DNA of 62,135 nucleotides, counting the filler, from Basidioascus undulatus (Eukaryota), in assembly GCA_000826855.1 (NCBI GenBank). It is 13 parts of 13 records of this genome, joined end to end, with 100 filler letters (N's around TTAATTAATTAA, not from the genome) between each part and the next. Parts side by side here need not be neighbours in the genome. Positions count along the whole stretch, not along the records: positions 1 to 23,977 come from JTLS01000252.1; positions 24,078 to 27,170 come from JTLS01002524.1; 11 more parts are not named here. One strand, written 5' to 3'. Shown one piece after another: positions 12,703-24,899 of this stretch. The notes below the pieces were generated by a model. That model did no database searches. It had not been told where the DNA came from and saw nothing but the letters and a program-made list of their open reading frames with translations. Position numbers and translations under genes: made by a program. Position 1 is the stretch's first letter. The number at the start of each line of letters is the position of its first letter.

Positions 12703-15501
12703 TCAGGTGCTGTAGCGGAAGGCTGGATGGCGATGGCCGAGCAGAGCGATTTCCTGCTCCGTTCTCCCTTCCAGCCTGTGGTCCCTACCTCCAGCATCAC
12801 GTTGACGGTTTTCCCAAACCTGATATCCCCAAGTGGCGAGAATCAGAGCAAATGTTCTGCAGTACGTGAAGGTCAGCACGCTGTGACGAGCATGGCGCTG
12901 GCGCGACTTACACTGCCAACCCGATACAGTTGATCAGGTTCCCGGTCCGATAATTGGGGGCGTCGGAGGGAAGGTACGACCTAGAATACTCAAGTTTAAT
13001 TCTTGCTACGCACTGCACAGATAAGGAGACTACTTGCCAAGTGCCCAACAGGCCCCCGACGTTGCCAATAGAAACCACGACGGCGAGGGCTGTCGCCTGC
13101 AAAGGGCAACCACAGCTCAGCTCCTTAGCGCATAGCTATACATTCTAGTTGAACTCACCTTCGTCGCATCTGGGGCCGAATTTGCGCTTGTCCACGCCGT
13201 ATAGAATGTGCCGGACGGGAAAACGCCGGCAGTGTTGAGGAAGCAGGCTGCATACCGCGCAGTAGGATTGTCGGTAGCGATGAAAATGGCATACCTGGAC
13301 GCGTGTGAATGAGCAGGTTCCCAAGCTACGGCCTGTAACACTCACCCGATCACTGAAAGGGGAATGATGCAGGCCAGAATTGCAGCCCTTCGACCGGTCC
13401 GCCAGCTCAGGTACGGGAAGATGAGGTTGGCAGCAGCGCCGACAATGTAGCTGGTGTGGTGCAGCTCAGTTTCTATTCTATAGGACAAGGCGCCAAAGAC
13501 TTTAACTTACGGAGGTACAGTGCGTAGCTGTTTCGACACCACGGTGGACTTGGGATAAATAGTGGCGATTATGGTGGGTGAGAAGAGGCTGAACCCGTGG
13601 ATAGAGAGCGTGCACAGCAAGAACATGATGGTATTCAATAATGTCTGCGGTGGCAGGAGGGGTAAGTGACAGGCAGGGCTTCTGAATAAGAAGTGTCCCC
13701 ACGTTGATGTTGAGAATTCCCTGCCAGACTGTGCCCTTGCGGGTGGCCTCAACCACCTCCGAAACGACAGGCATCTCCCTCTGAATGCGTGCTGTAGCGA
13801 GGGCTGCAAGACATCCAGTGTCAACCCCGACCCAGGTTTTCAAAAGCTTTGAATGCACACCTTTCTCCTCTGCATTCAGAAATCGGGCCTTCTCCGGAGT
13901 GTCCGGCATGAACGGGAAGCAGACGAGAGTTACCCCAATGGTAATCTGGGAATTTCGAATGCAAGTTAGCAAGCGCGGTTGTGCTTTCTTTCGGCTCAAC
14001 AACGTACCAGTCCTTCTACCAACTGTGTTCATTCACTCATGAGCCTAAGATTTCTATTACAATCGTTGCAGTACTGACGAAGATCTTTCGCCACGAATCA
14101 ACCGAACCGATAGTGGGCAGCTGAAGGATTCCGCTTGCCAAGAGACCTGGTTAGGATGAATATGGAAAGGTCAGCCCAATCGTTCAAAGCCCCCTACCCA
14201 TGAATTCTCGAGACTTGCCTCCGAAGGCACCTGCCAGAGGTGTGGCCGTGAGGTATACCGCGATGCGGAAGATGAGCTCGTCCTTGCGATACTATGAACC
14301 ACTCAGACATGAGCCTGCGAACAAGCTTGGTGGGAAAGACGTCACTGTGCTTACCCTTCAAAATCGATCAAGGGTCCCAGTAAATCGTTTGGTTCTTCGG
14401 GAAAGGAACGTCGAACTCACCATCGGCTCAAGTAATGGGCGATACCCGGAAGCAGTCCACCTGGTGAGAGGATGTGTTCAGGCAAGCGAGCTGAACGACA
14501 GTGTCGCCCTACACACCTTCTGTGATACCCAGAAAGACACTGAGGACATAGGAGCTCATAGTCAATGCCACGCTGCAACAGACTTGAACCCTTTTTAACA
14601 CTTACCGCGCGACGACCAGTCCTTTGAAGTCTTTGACAAAAGCGCTGCAAAGGCTGACTATGCCAAAGCCAAGACAGCAAAGAGGAAGAAACAAGCCAGG
14701 TCCCATAGACTTTGAAAGGAGGTTCGCGGGCAGCTCTACTAGGATGTAAAGCTAGAAGAACATAACAGACAGGTACGTGGTCAGAGCTGCCTCATGGGCT
14801 CCAAGGAATGTGGACACTTACGACGTAGAAGACGGAGCTATGAACGGTCGGCTTGGGTTTAGCCTGTGCCCTGGCGAAGCCAAACCCGATGCGAGAGTAT
14901 ACGCACAGCGCGACGTTCAAGTCGTAACCTTGCATGCCGAGGTCTTCCTCCAGTCCTGTCGTAGGTTCGATCGCATAGCAAATATGGGTCAGTATGTGAA
15001 CGTAAAACTTTGCTAAGGCTCGGAGGGGGTAGCGGTGGAGCGGAATGGCCAGTGGTACCTGCGATGCGAGCGTTGCCTGTTCTCCGGGAATCAGTCAACG
15101 TCCTAGTGTAGCCAAGACCACAAGTTGCGATACTGACCGATGTTGGCGCGGTCCTTTGTCAAAATTTCAAACACAATGTGAGGTTTTGGGTATAAAAGAG
15201 GTAGCATTGGGTGCACGCACGATGAAACACAGTAAATACAGCACGAAGACAATCGGTAGGATGTGAAGATCCATCTGTTTGTGAGTGTGAGTTGTCGTTA
15301 TCATGCCCCTTTGCTCCTGCTCGTTCAGCGTACCTTCCTAGAAAGCCTTGCCTCGCGGCCCCTTGCAACTGCATCCAATCCTGATGTGCCGGACGCAACG
15401 ATTACCGCAGCGGCGTTCTCAATCTCAAGCACCTCCTGCTTCTCGCTGTCTTTGTCTTCCGGGCTATCGCTCCAGCGTCGGTCGGGGGAACGGAGAGGCA
15501 T
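12703..15501 (-). CDS. MFS transporter, anion:cation symporter (Dal5/Tna1-like) family
   Basis: Motifs GNARIAG-LEEDLGMQGYDLN, PDTPEKARFLNAEEK, QLRTVPP, SIGNVGGLLGTW, YLPSDAPNYRTG and C-terminal GHRHPAFRY; many short introns. Confidence 0.9.
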
Positions 15502-15886
15502 TATGATTTTCGTTCGATGTGGTGATGCACTTGGGGTAAAAGTCGCGACAGGAAAATGGGCGCCTTCTCTGGCAGGGCCTTCCCGATCTGTCGTTCTTGT
15601 ATAGCTGCCCCAGGAATTGGACCATCACACGTGAGTATGGCACTTTTCGCCAAGCGAGTGGCTGCGAGTCTGTCGCCAGCATGATTTTCTGGACGTTCAG
15701 CGTTGTGAAATGCGAGCCAGACTCGACGGACTCTCTTTGCCAGGCAACACCAGCAACAGGACCGCTGATCGGCCTACCTGTCACTTGACCTTACGCACTC
15801 CACCGCGGCCAACAATGCGCCGGCGATTCGACCAGTTCGACCGTCGAATCTTGTGACAGCTTATATACATATGATCTATTCGACTG

Positions 15887-15938
15887 TCGCAAAACGTTTT
15901 CCGAGGTGCGCAGAGGGCAATCGCAAAAGCGATTCCGA
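15887..15938. promoter_or_regulatory. Two 18-bp TCGCAAAA-N4-TTCCGA motifs in the MFS/P450 divergent promoter (candidate Zn-cluster sites)
   Basis: TCGCAAAACGTTTTCCGA at 15887-15904 and TCGCAAAAGCGATTCCGA at 15921-15938 match at 14/18 positions. A TATA-like TTTATATAGA lies near 16057. Confidence 0.4.
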
Positions 15939-16116
15939 CGGTTATGTGCGATGGCCGTGCGCTTCGCTCCGCCTGCGTCTTTCATGTTGGATTCGGCCGA
16001 GGCCGACGGCCTTGACCTTTCACGTTATCATTACCACCCGCCTCAACTCACCCCCTTTTATATAGACGGAAGACACTGCTCTTCTCGCTTCGCAATTCTC
16101 GATTCCGCACCTTGCG

Positions 16117-18693
16117 ATGAGCAACTCACTGATCTCACCTCCCACCATCGCCGTCCTTCTCGGACTCCTCCTCGCGGTTGTCTCGGCTCGACTATGGCGG
16201 CCTTACCGAGGCAAACTGCCACCTGGCCCTCGCTCGCTTCCTATTGTCGGAACCCGTATTCCCGGTCCCTATCCCTGGCGCCACCTGGCCAAGTGGACTC
16301 GCGAGTACGGGGACATCTACACCGTGTGGCTCGGGCGCACTCCGCTCATCGTGGTTGGCACTGTCAAAGGTGCTGCCGAGATCATGGAAGCTCGGGCAGG
16401 CATTCTAGCTGATCGACCACTGGTAAGTACTCGAGGTCCTCGAATGCTTCGGAGAACTTCCGACTTACCGTTACTTGACAGTCTGTCATGGCCGGCGAGA
16501 CAATGAGTATGTCCGGTTGAAATACAGAAATTTTTCTTATACTGATGTAAATCTTTTATAGGCGGTGGCATGCGCACTCTGCTTGTTCCTTACGGTGACC
16601 GGTGGCGTCGTCTTCGCCGGTGAGCCATCCGACGGTACCTGCGCATTCACGCTTCTTGCTGATCCCCTTTCACCACAGCATGCTCCATCAGGGTCTTCAG
16701 CCTAAAATGGCCGAGTCTTAGGTCTAAACCCCGAGGTATTCCTGCTGGAGCGTCTGAAAACCTTCGATTCCCTACACAGATACCAGCCCGTGCAGGAGCG
16801 CGCTGCTCTCGATCTCGCGCTTGATCTCATGAAGGACCCGGACAACTTTCAGTCTCACGCCAGGAGGTATGTTAACTTGTAGTCTTTTGGTCCTGAATGC
16901 GAAGCTGATCTTCCCGACCAACAGGTACGCTGCTTCGGTCATCATGACCACGGCGTACGGGAAGAAGACGCCCACTTCATATATCGACCGTGCGTGTTCA
17001 TTTGGCTACGATGATTTTGTTATCCATGCTTACGGCTACCTAAAACAGCTGAGATCGTTGCGGTGAACAAGTGTCAACACCGTCTCGGCATGGCCGCGCG
17101 TCCGGGGACGTACCTCGTCGATTCCCTGCCCTTCCTGCGGCACTTTCCCGGCCAATGGAAACGCGACGGCCAGGCGTGGCATAAAGAGGAGCTCGAACTC
17201 TTTTCCAGCATGGTGGACAATGTCCGGATGTCCGTGGTCAGTTGTCACCGCTCTCGTTAATGATGGGAAAGGCTGTGGCTGACGGTCACTTGGTCGCGTT
17301 GCAGGCGAAAGACGGAGACACGTCCTGCTTTGCTGCTTATATGCTCGAACACCAGAAGGGTGCGTTGCGCTAGTTTCTCGGTAGACCACATCGGTGCTTA
17401 CAAACTGCTACAAATCATAGAGTACGGTCTTTCCGACGCGGAGGCGGCTTACCTCGCCGGTGTGCGTTTCTCTATCCCGGCAGTCCCTACCAAAGAACTG
17501 CGCCACTTACAAAATCTCGTTCATGCCTTTCAGAGCTTTTTCGGCGCAGGGTCTGACACGGTCCGTCATTCATTTTCCCCTCCTGTTCAGTTCGGCCTTC
17601 CCTGAATCGATGCTGGCCTTCACAGAGCGCATCTGCCATCACGATCGCCATCATGGCTGCTGCCTGCTTCCCCGAGGCAAAGAAGAAGGCACAAGAGGAG
17701 CTTGATGCCGTTGTTGGGTCACAGCGCCGTAAGTAGAGCCCCCTTTACTCTTACAAGCGCATTCGAACCACTGTCGCGCCAACATGTTGACTTTCTGCCT
17801 GCTGCAGCGCCCAACTTCTCGGACCGCGAACACCTGCCTTACATCACTGCGTTCGTCAAGGAAGCATTCCGCTGGCGCCCGGTTAGCTCTGGAGGTGTGT
17901 CGAAATCCTTTCCAGCTCAAACCGGACACAGAGGAGTTGAAAGGCCTTTGGGCAACCATGTACAGGCTTCCTGCACGCTGCAACTGAAGACAGCGTCTAC
18001 GCAAGTTTTATTTTTGCTACTGCTCACCCTCCGGGGAAAATAGAGAAATTATGCTGACGTGGGCGTTCATACCCGTTTCCAGAATGGCTACCAGATTCCT
18101 AAAGGTGCTGCAGTTGTCGGGAACCATTGGTATGTCCTCTCTGAAGCCTCCGCGATGGCGATTCCATGACTCACTCTAAAGACTTGCAATTCGGCAGGGC
18201 AATTACTCGAGACCCCCTCGTTTACCCGAACCCCGATTCGTTTGAGCCTGAGCGGTTTATCGAGAACCCGAAGCTCGAGCACTGGACTTACGGGTTCGGT
18301 CGGCGGGTGCGTCTTATCCCCTTCCCTTGTCATCCTAATTCCCATTCCGCCGTACTCGTCCCGTTGTCCTCTTTTAATTGGTCCTCTAGATCTGCGCTGG
18401 CAAGAACGTCGCCGACCGCTCGCTGTTCATTACCGTCGCGACGCTCCTGTGGAGCTTCGACATCGCCAAGGCGCGCGACGAGCAAGGGCGGGAGATCGGG
18501 ATCGACACGCTCGCGTTTACGGACACGGCCAACAGCCACCCTCTGCCGTTCCGGGTGAGCATCACGCCGAGGAGGGGAGGGTGAATATCTTTCAATTTTA
18601 GGCTCGTTGCCGAAAGAGATGTCGCTGACGAGGACGCGTGTGTGACATTGCAGACTGGCAGCGATGCTCAACGCCGTGCGAGCGGCTGCGTGA
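16117..18693 (+). CDS. Cytochrome P450 monooxygenase (multi-exon)
   Basis: N-terminal TM segment plus LPPGPRSLPIVG, I-helix AGSDT, ExxR (KEAFRWRP), FEPERF and heme motif YGFGRR|ICAG. Stop TGA at 18691-18693. Confidence 0.95.
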
Positions 18694-19364
18694 TGTGGGA
18701 TGAATGGAGTTGAAGAAGAGTGCCATGTCGAAGTAACATGTTGCGCATAGATAAGGATTGATTGTTAAATGAGCGACTCCGCATGCTGCATTCTAGGCTG
18801 TCCGAAAGGAAAGGGGTTGACGGAAACGTGAGGCCGTCGCACTTTCAGGGGTTCTTTGCATAATAGATCAACCCGCTTTTACAAGGTCGATAGGGGCCTA
18901 AGCCACTGCGATCCAGTCTCGTCGGTTGTCCAGCCCCAGGGTCGTCGGTCCTTTCAGCCTCCGGCATAGCATTTCCACATTCCGCAAAACTGCAGGTCGG
19001 ATGTACGGAAGGTGACCTAATGTTGCATTTCGGACGCGCTATCCTTTCTATCATGGCGCTCCCAGTGTCCCACCCAAGCCACTCCTCGCCCGGCTCAAGC
19101 TGTCTCCCTTCACCAGGCACGCACGACGCAACCCGCATAGGCATAGTCGCGAAACCGCGCTGCACCAAGCGAAACCAGACCAGCCCATTCCACCCTATAT
19201 TTCTAGCATAGTCGGATATTCTGCAGCTGCGGTATATTGTACACTCCCCCTTCTGGTCTTCCACCGCCTGCGCTGAAAGCCGCCCCACTCTACAACTCCA
19301 TTTACCCCTACATTTATCCCAACTTCGTATCCCCTCCCAGTCACAAGACTTTTCGATGTAGAGA

Positions 19365-22335
19365 TCAGTTCGCCTCGTGCGCATCCGCGTTCTGGATGAG
19401 CGCGTGCAGGAACTTGATGCTCGAGATGTGCCCGTCGATGTGCGCGCGCTCGTCGACTGTGTGGGCGTCTGGGCACAGGGTTAGACGACAGGTCAGCGTT
19501 CTGTTCTGTTCGTTTACCCGCGGTAGGGAAGGACAGGTAGAATGACGCACTCAGGCTTTGGCCGTTGAGAACGCCTTGCTATTCGCGTCAGATGACGGGG
19601 GGAATCAGAGACGTGCGAAAAGTAATAGGGTAAGTAAAGAAGACGAACGAAGCGATAGATGTTCTTAGTCAGGTTCCAGTACCAGCGCGCTGCGCATTAG
19701 GTGGGCGCTCGTCAGCGACTGTCGAGCAACGGACTCAGGACAGCGTGACTTTGACGCACTGTCGGTGTCTGAAGAGGAGCGCAGTGTCAGCCGCTTTTAT
19801 ACGGGGGTGAAATGATGGGGGGAAGGATACGCACTGCCCGTAGAGATGAATGGCGACACGATGCGGTCCTTCTCGTCTGGAGCGGGAAAGAGGTGCCTTC
19901 GCTTGTCGACTCTGTCAGCACGCCGATAACACAGCGGTCCACGCGGACAGGCATACCTGATAGTCCCAGCAAAGACACTACAGACACGACAGTTAGACTT
20001 CCGCGGGTGCGATCTCTCCAATTCAAACCGAACGACGCACTCCCACGCCCCGCCCTCAGCCGGCGTAACCGGCGCCCTCTCTGTGACCCATCCGCTCCTC
20101 TCCACCTTGACCGCCCTCCCGCCAGGCACATCCACATCATTCACGTCCCGCTCATCGCCAAACCCGATCCACGTGAGGTTGAACCCCTCCGTGACGGGCC
20201 GGAGGATCCGCGTGATACGCTGTTGGATGAGCGTGGAGTTGGTCGAGACTGAGAGGCGCTGGTTGAAAGTGAATGATGCCTGTGGGTGTGGGTGAGGGGT
20301 AAGCGGGAGGGAGAGGTTGGGAAAGGGAGGAAGAGGGGAGGGAGAGGGGAGGGAGAGGGAGAGAAGGAGTTACGAGCTCGGGGAGGGCGTTGATCTGTGC
20401 GGAGGGGCGTGAGGTTGCAGTTCCGACCACGCGCAATGGAAGGAAGGACGGACCTTCACACCCCCATGGACGATATCGATCGCCTGGGTCGTCTGCATCA
20501 AGCTTCGTCCCCTCTCTCTCAGTCCCGTCTTCCGCCTTTCCCCTTCCCGACGCACTATTTAATAGACAGATCAAGCTCCCCAATCTCCCGCGCAGCTTCG
20601 TCCCACCTCCGCACGTCCCGGAGCTTCCCCCGCAGCGACTCGTCCAAGTCGGGCGCGTGCGAGGCGGCGCATTGGGTGAAGGTCGTGAACGGGTTCTGGT
20701 TCCCCAGGGTGCATCGTCAGTCCGAGGGCTGCTTGGTTCCAGGAAGGGGGAGAGGGAGTGGCAAGGAAAGAAAGTACCTCAACGTCGAGCCGCGGCGAGT
20801 ACGGGTGCGCCTCGAGCGCGCTGATGAGCTTGGCGAGGATACCGATTCCTTGATCCTCATGCTCATGAGCCCATAACGAACTAGTACTCAGGTCTCGACT
20901 TTGCGCACCGGTGTGTTCAGGAGGAACTGACGAGTGCCCCCCCGGCACGGCAACGGACACTTTCACGTCGAAGTACCCCTTTTGCTCACACCACCAGATC
21001 AGCTCACGCTCACACGCTCTTGAGTCGATGAGAGAAAGACACCTTCTCGCCCATCCCTGGCAGGGCGAAAGAAGCGCCGAAGAGGTCGTCCGCCATCCCC
21101 CCGCCCTCGTCCACGAGAAGGAAGACGCTGTCTCGCCCGTACAGCTCCTCGATACGCGCAGCGAGCTTGGCGGCTCCTTGGGCGTTGGGCTGTGGAAGAC
21201 CGGGGATCAGCCGGCTCCAGCAATAACGCACACCGGGGTTTGAAGACGCACGATTTGGACTACTTCCTATATGTGGTGTGGGATGTCAGAGTGGAGGACT
21301 GGTAGAGGGATGAAGGGAAACAGTACCTCGTCGAACCCCAGCGGGATCAGGACCGTCCGACGAGGCTCGAAACCTTGCTCAATTAGGAGGGTGACGGCTT
21401 CGAACAAGCTGCACGAGAGCGAGGGGTCAGATGGTTTCTTCTTCCTCACTCTGGAAGGACCAAATGTAGGAGGGAGGGGAGGAAGGTGGGTGGGGACGCG
21501 TACCTGGTGAGCAAGTTCTTGCAGTCCCCCACACCCCTGCCCCACACCCACCCGTCCGCGCCGATATGCCCCGAGAAGGGCGGGTACGTCCAGCGGGAGA
21601 GGGTTTCGGGCGGGACGGGGACGACGTCCTGCGTGTCCACCGTTCACCGCCACTTTCAGTCACTTCATGTCGGATTCTCTTGGAGGAGGGGAGGGGAGAC
21701 GTACTTGGTGAGCCATTAGGAGCAGGGGCTGAGGAGGGGTAGGCGTCAGTGCGTGAAGGGGGGAGGGAGGGAAGAGCGTACTTCGAGGGAGGGGTCGGAC
21801 CCTTTCCAAGTGTACAGGAGTCCATGGGTGTTGACTTTCTCGAGCTCGAGGCGCTCATGGCTGCCCCGCTCTCCGTTAAGCTCTTCACCCGTCGCTTTGT
21901 ACACAACATTGATCCGCCCACTAACAAAATCGGCCACGCCTCCCTCAAATACGCCGCAAACGGGGGGAAGACCTCGTACCGCCTGTCCTCGCCCACAGCC
22001 CCAAAATCATCCCACGAGGGAGTGGGGATCTGCACGGCTTTGCTCCAGCGGAGTGCGGCGGCGTGGGTGAAGTTCGCTGGGGGAGAGAACGGGTGGGCTG
22101 GGGAGAGCGAGCGGGGCTGGGAGGGACAGGTGACGGGGGGCTTGTGGGCCCCGTGATCCAGGTGGGTTCGGGGGGAGAAGGAAGAGAGGGAGGAGATGGG
22201 ACAGGGGAAGAGCAAGAGCAAGGGAAGCGTGAGGAGCGAGAGGGCGATAAGGACCTTGCGCCTCGTTGCGCTGCTGGACGGCGGAGCGGCTGCGGGAGGA
22301 GGGAGGCCCGAGATAGGTTCTTTCGAGGAGCCCAT
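19365..22335 (-). CDS. CPS1: M20 family Gly-Xaa carboxypeptidase (carboxypeptidase S-like)
   Basis: N-terminal TM segment, KAVQIPTPSWDD, KVNTHGLLYTWKGSD, QDVVPV..WTYPPFSG, WGRG..DCK, GFDE, VDEGG, VPGGHSSVPP and C-terminal HTVDER. Confidence 0.9.
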
Positions 22336-22539
22336 CGAGGTCAGTTTCGAATTGAGCGAAAAAGGTTAGTATGGATGGTTGAGTGTTGCGAAGACGAGGA
22401 AAGCGTGCAGGGGGATGCATGGCGATATGGCGATCCGAAATCGAATCCCGAGGTGGGCATGTGATCCTCGCTTTCGTACGCACGCTGCGAGGCGGAGTTT
22501 CTACTCCGCGCCGCTCGCTCACGCTGCGCGCACCCCGCT

Positions 22540-23150
22540 TATCGCCCCTCCAGGCCATTTCTGAAATCCTCGACGTCTTTCGGGACGTGCCGGTGCTGGA
22601 GCTTTCGATCGCCCTCACCCCCTCGCACTCTCCCCCCCTCTCCACCCTGCGCGCGCTCTCTCCGCAGAAAGCACACCGGGGCCTCACTATCTCCCCCTCC
22701 CCTCGGACGCGCCGTACTCCCAAACTGCGAAGGACACGGCACCGCTGCACCTCTCCGTGCCGGCTCACTGGGGAAAGCTAAGGGAGCTCGCGCCCCCGCT
22801 TCTGGCGACCCAGCAACGACATGTCCCGCTGCTGCTCAGGGCGCTCCCGCGCTTGGAAAAGCTGGGGTTGGATATGGGGAACCCGCTGGGGAAGAGGCCG
22901 TTAAGGCAGTTGGACGCCGTTCTTGCGCGGAGGAGGACCACGGGGGATGAGGAGAAGTGGTCGTTGAGGTGCTGGAGTGCCGCCGGTGAGGGGGGAAGCG
23001 CCAGAGGTCGGCGGAGGAGGTGTTTCAGAGGTACTGTAAAGATTGAGGGGTGGGGCTGGAAGATATGAGGGATTTTAGGGAAGAGTACTTTGGGCGGTGG
23101 TTGGGCATGGGGGATTGGGTTATGAGGGCTTGGACGATGCTATCACCTCT
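22540..23150 (+). pseudogene. Possible degenerate LRR/F-box-like relic
   Basis: Fragments such as ILDVFRDVPVLELSI and LLLRALPRLEKLGL fall in different frames, with no coherent start. Confidence 0.25.
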
Positions 23151-23977
23151 ACAAGGCAATCGTGCGACTGCACCACGACGCGTCCGCAACGCGTCCCGAA
23201 ACAGTGCCACCGTTTCGTCCCTCCTCCTCCCCGCCGAAGACCATCTCCGCCCCTCAAACATCCCTTTGCTCCATCACCACAACTAATTCTCAACGAAGTC
23301 ATTATGGCTGAGCACTCATGACCTGCCATTTGTGCAGACTGCCATGGACTGCAACACTCGGTTGTCACGTGCAATCAACCTTGCCCATCCCGCCCTGTCC
23401 CCTCGCCCTGCCTGAAGTGTGCACGTCTCAGACGGACTGGACGCGGTTCCCCCAGATGCCTGTTAGCGAGATACCACCACCACAACCAATATACCTCACC
23501 CACCCAGCTCCCCATCGGTAACAGCCAGCCCGCATATCCCGACGACCATGCCCGGCCGTAGACACCCGTGAGCACAGATCTCCCGAGGCCCCTGTCTCCT
23601 TGCTTGTCTGACCGCTTTTCTACTCCTCCTATCCATCTCTCAGCTCTGCTCATCCTCATCCTCAGACTCACCGTAACGAACTTAACGACTCTCACGAGCC
23701 CTTCTCTTCCTCCTCATCCGCGCCGACTTCCCGCACGCGCTCAACGCGGTTCATCGCGGACCCAACACCCTCAGGCTCTCACGGGCCGTCGTTCGCCCCG
23801 TCTCCGTTCACGTCACCGGCTGTGTCTTCCCTCGCCGGCACTGCTGGGCCTTCCTCCTCCTCTTTGACCTTCTCCCCCAACTCCCACCCCCTTTTCCTTG
23901 GTGATTCTGTGATACGTCTTTGTCTCGTTTCCTTCTCTTCTCTTCTCGTTCCCCACATGCCCCTTTTCCTTGGTGAT

Positions 23978-24077
23978 NNNNNNNNNNNNNNNNNNNNNNN
24001 NNNNNNNNNNNNNNNNNNNNNTTAATTAATTAANNNNNNNNNNNNNNNNNNNNNNNNNNNNNNNNNNNNNNNNNNNN
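23978..24077. other. Artificial contig spacer (44N-TTAATTAATTAA-44N); also at 27171, 30363, 33553, 36741, 39921, 43100, 46279, 49458, 52617, 55792, 58965
   Basis: The identical 100-bp spacer, with stops in all six frames, occurs 12 times. Confidence 0.99.
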
Positions 24078-24899
24078 CCGGTGCTTCCGCTTGACTTCGG
24101 CGGCGATGGCAGCGGGCGAGTCGGCGCCGAGGCGGTTGGGCGAGCGCGAGCTGTCGTCCGCTTGGACGCGGTTCCCGAGCCGCTTGAACATGTTTGCGCG
24201 CACGGCCTGGCGGAGGTCGTCCTTGCTCCCCCCGCCCGTCGCGCCCGTGACGGTGTTGCTCCGGATGAGCCTGGACGCCGGCCGCTTCATGACGAGCGGG
24301 CTGGGTGTCTCGTGCCGCTCCTCCGCGTCCTCATCTCCCTCACCTTCCCTCGGCGACGGAGAGCGCGAGCTCGGACTCGCGCCCATGAGCTTGTGGAGCG
24401 TGTTTATGCGCGCTGCGGCGGAGTTTGAGCGCGAGAGGAGGGATGGCCCGTGCTTGGCGAGCAGCTGTGACTGCAGTTCGTCGAGCGAGAGGGGCATGGC
24501 TGGGCTGCCGGAGCGAGGGGTGCTGGGGGAGGGTGTGGAACGAGCGTGGAAGAAGGGCGCGGCGTGCGCTAAGGTCGGCACCGCGCCGCCCAGCGGAGAG
24601 AAAGGCGAGTCCGAACGGACATCCTCCACCCCCGCCGCTGGCGTATCCAGCTCCTCCACTGGCTCCTCATCCGCCGCCCCCGCGGGACCGGGGCTCGCAC
24701 TCGCATCGCGCTGAACTCGCACGCGGTGGGAAGGCGAGGGCGAAGACGAGGGTGAGTCGGCTGGGCGCCGGCCGTCCTTGTTCCGGGGGAGGGACGCCGC
24801 GCGGCGGAGGCGAGCGACGGCAGTGGCGCGGACGTTGGCGGCGGAGGGGTCAGTAGGAGGAGAGGAGGGGACGTTCCCGTCCGAGGGATGTTGGGACAT
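24078..24899 (-). CDS. Hypothetical S/P-rich protein, N-terminal part (truncated by contig end)
   Basis: Long GC-rich open frame containing RATAVARLRRAASLPRNKDGRRP, which resembles a conserved basidiomycete N-terminus. Confidence 0.7.

Noticed and set aside
16681..16725. In-frame TAG as evidence of stop-codon reassignment
   Set aside because: It is explained by an intron. Conserved exons elsewhere show no internal stops, and TAA, TAG and TGA all terminate genes here.
23888..23977. Short direct repeat CCCCTTTTCCTTGGTGAT at the contig end
   Set aside because: Pyrimidine-rich duplication at an assembly break with no functional support.
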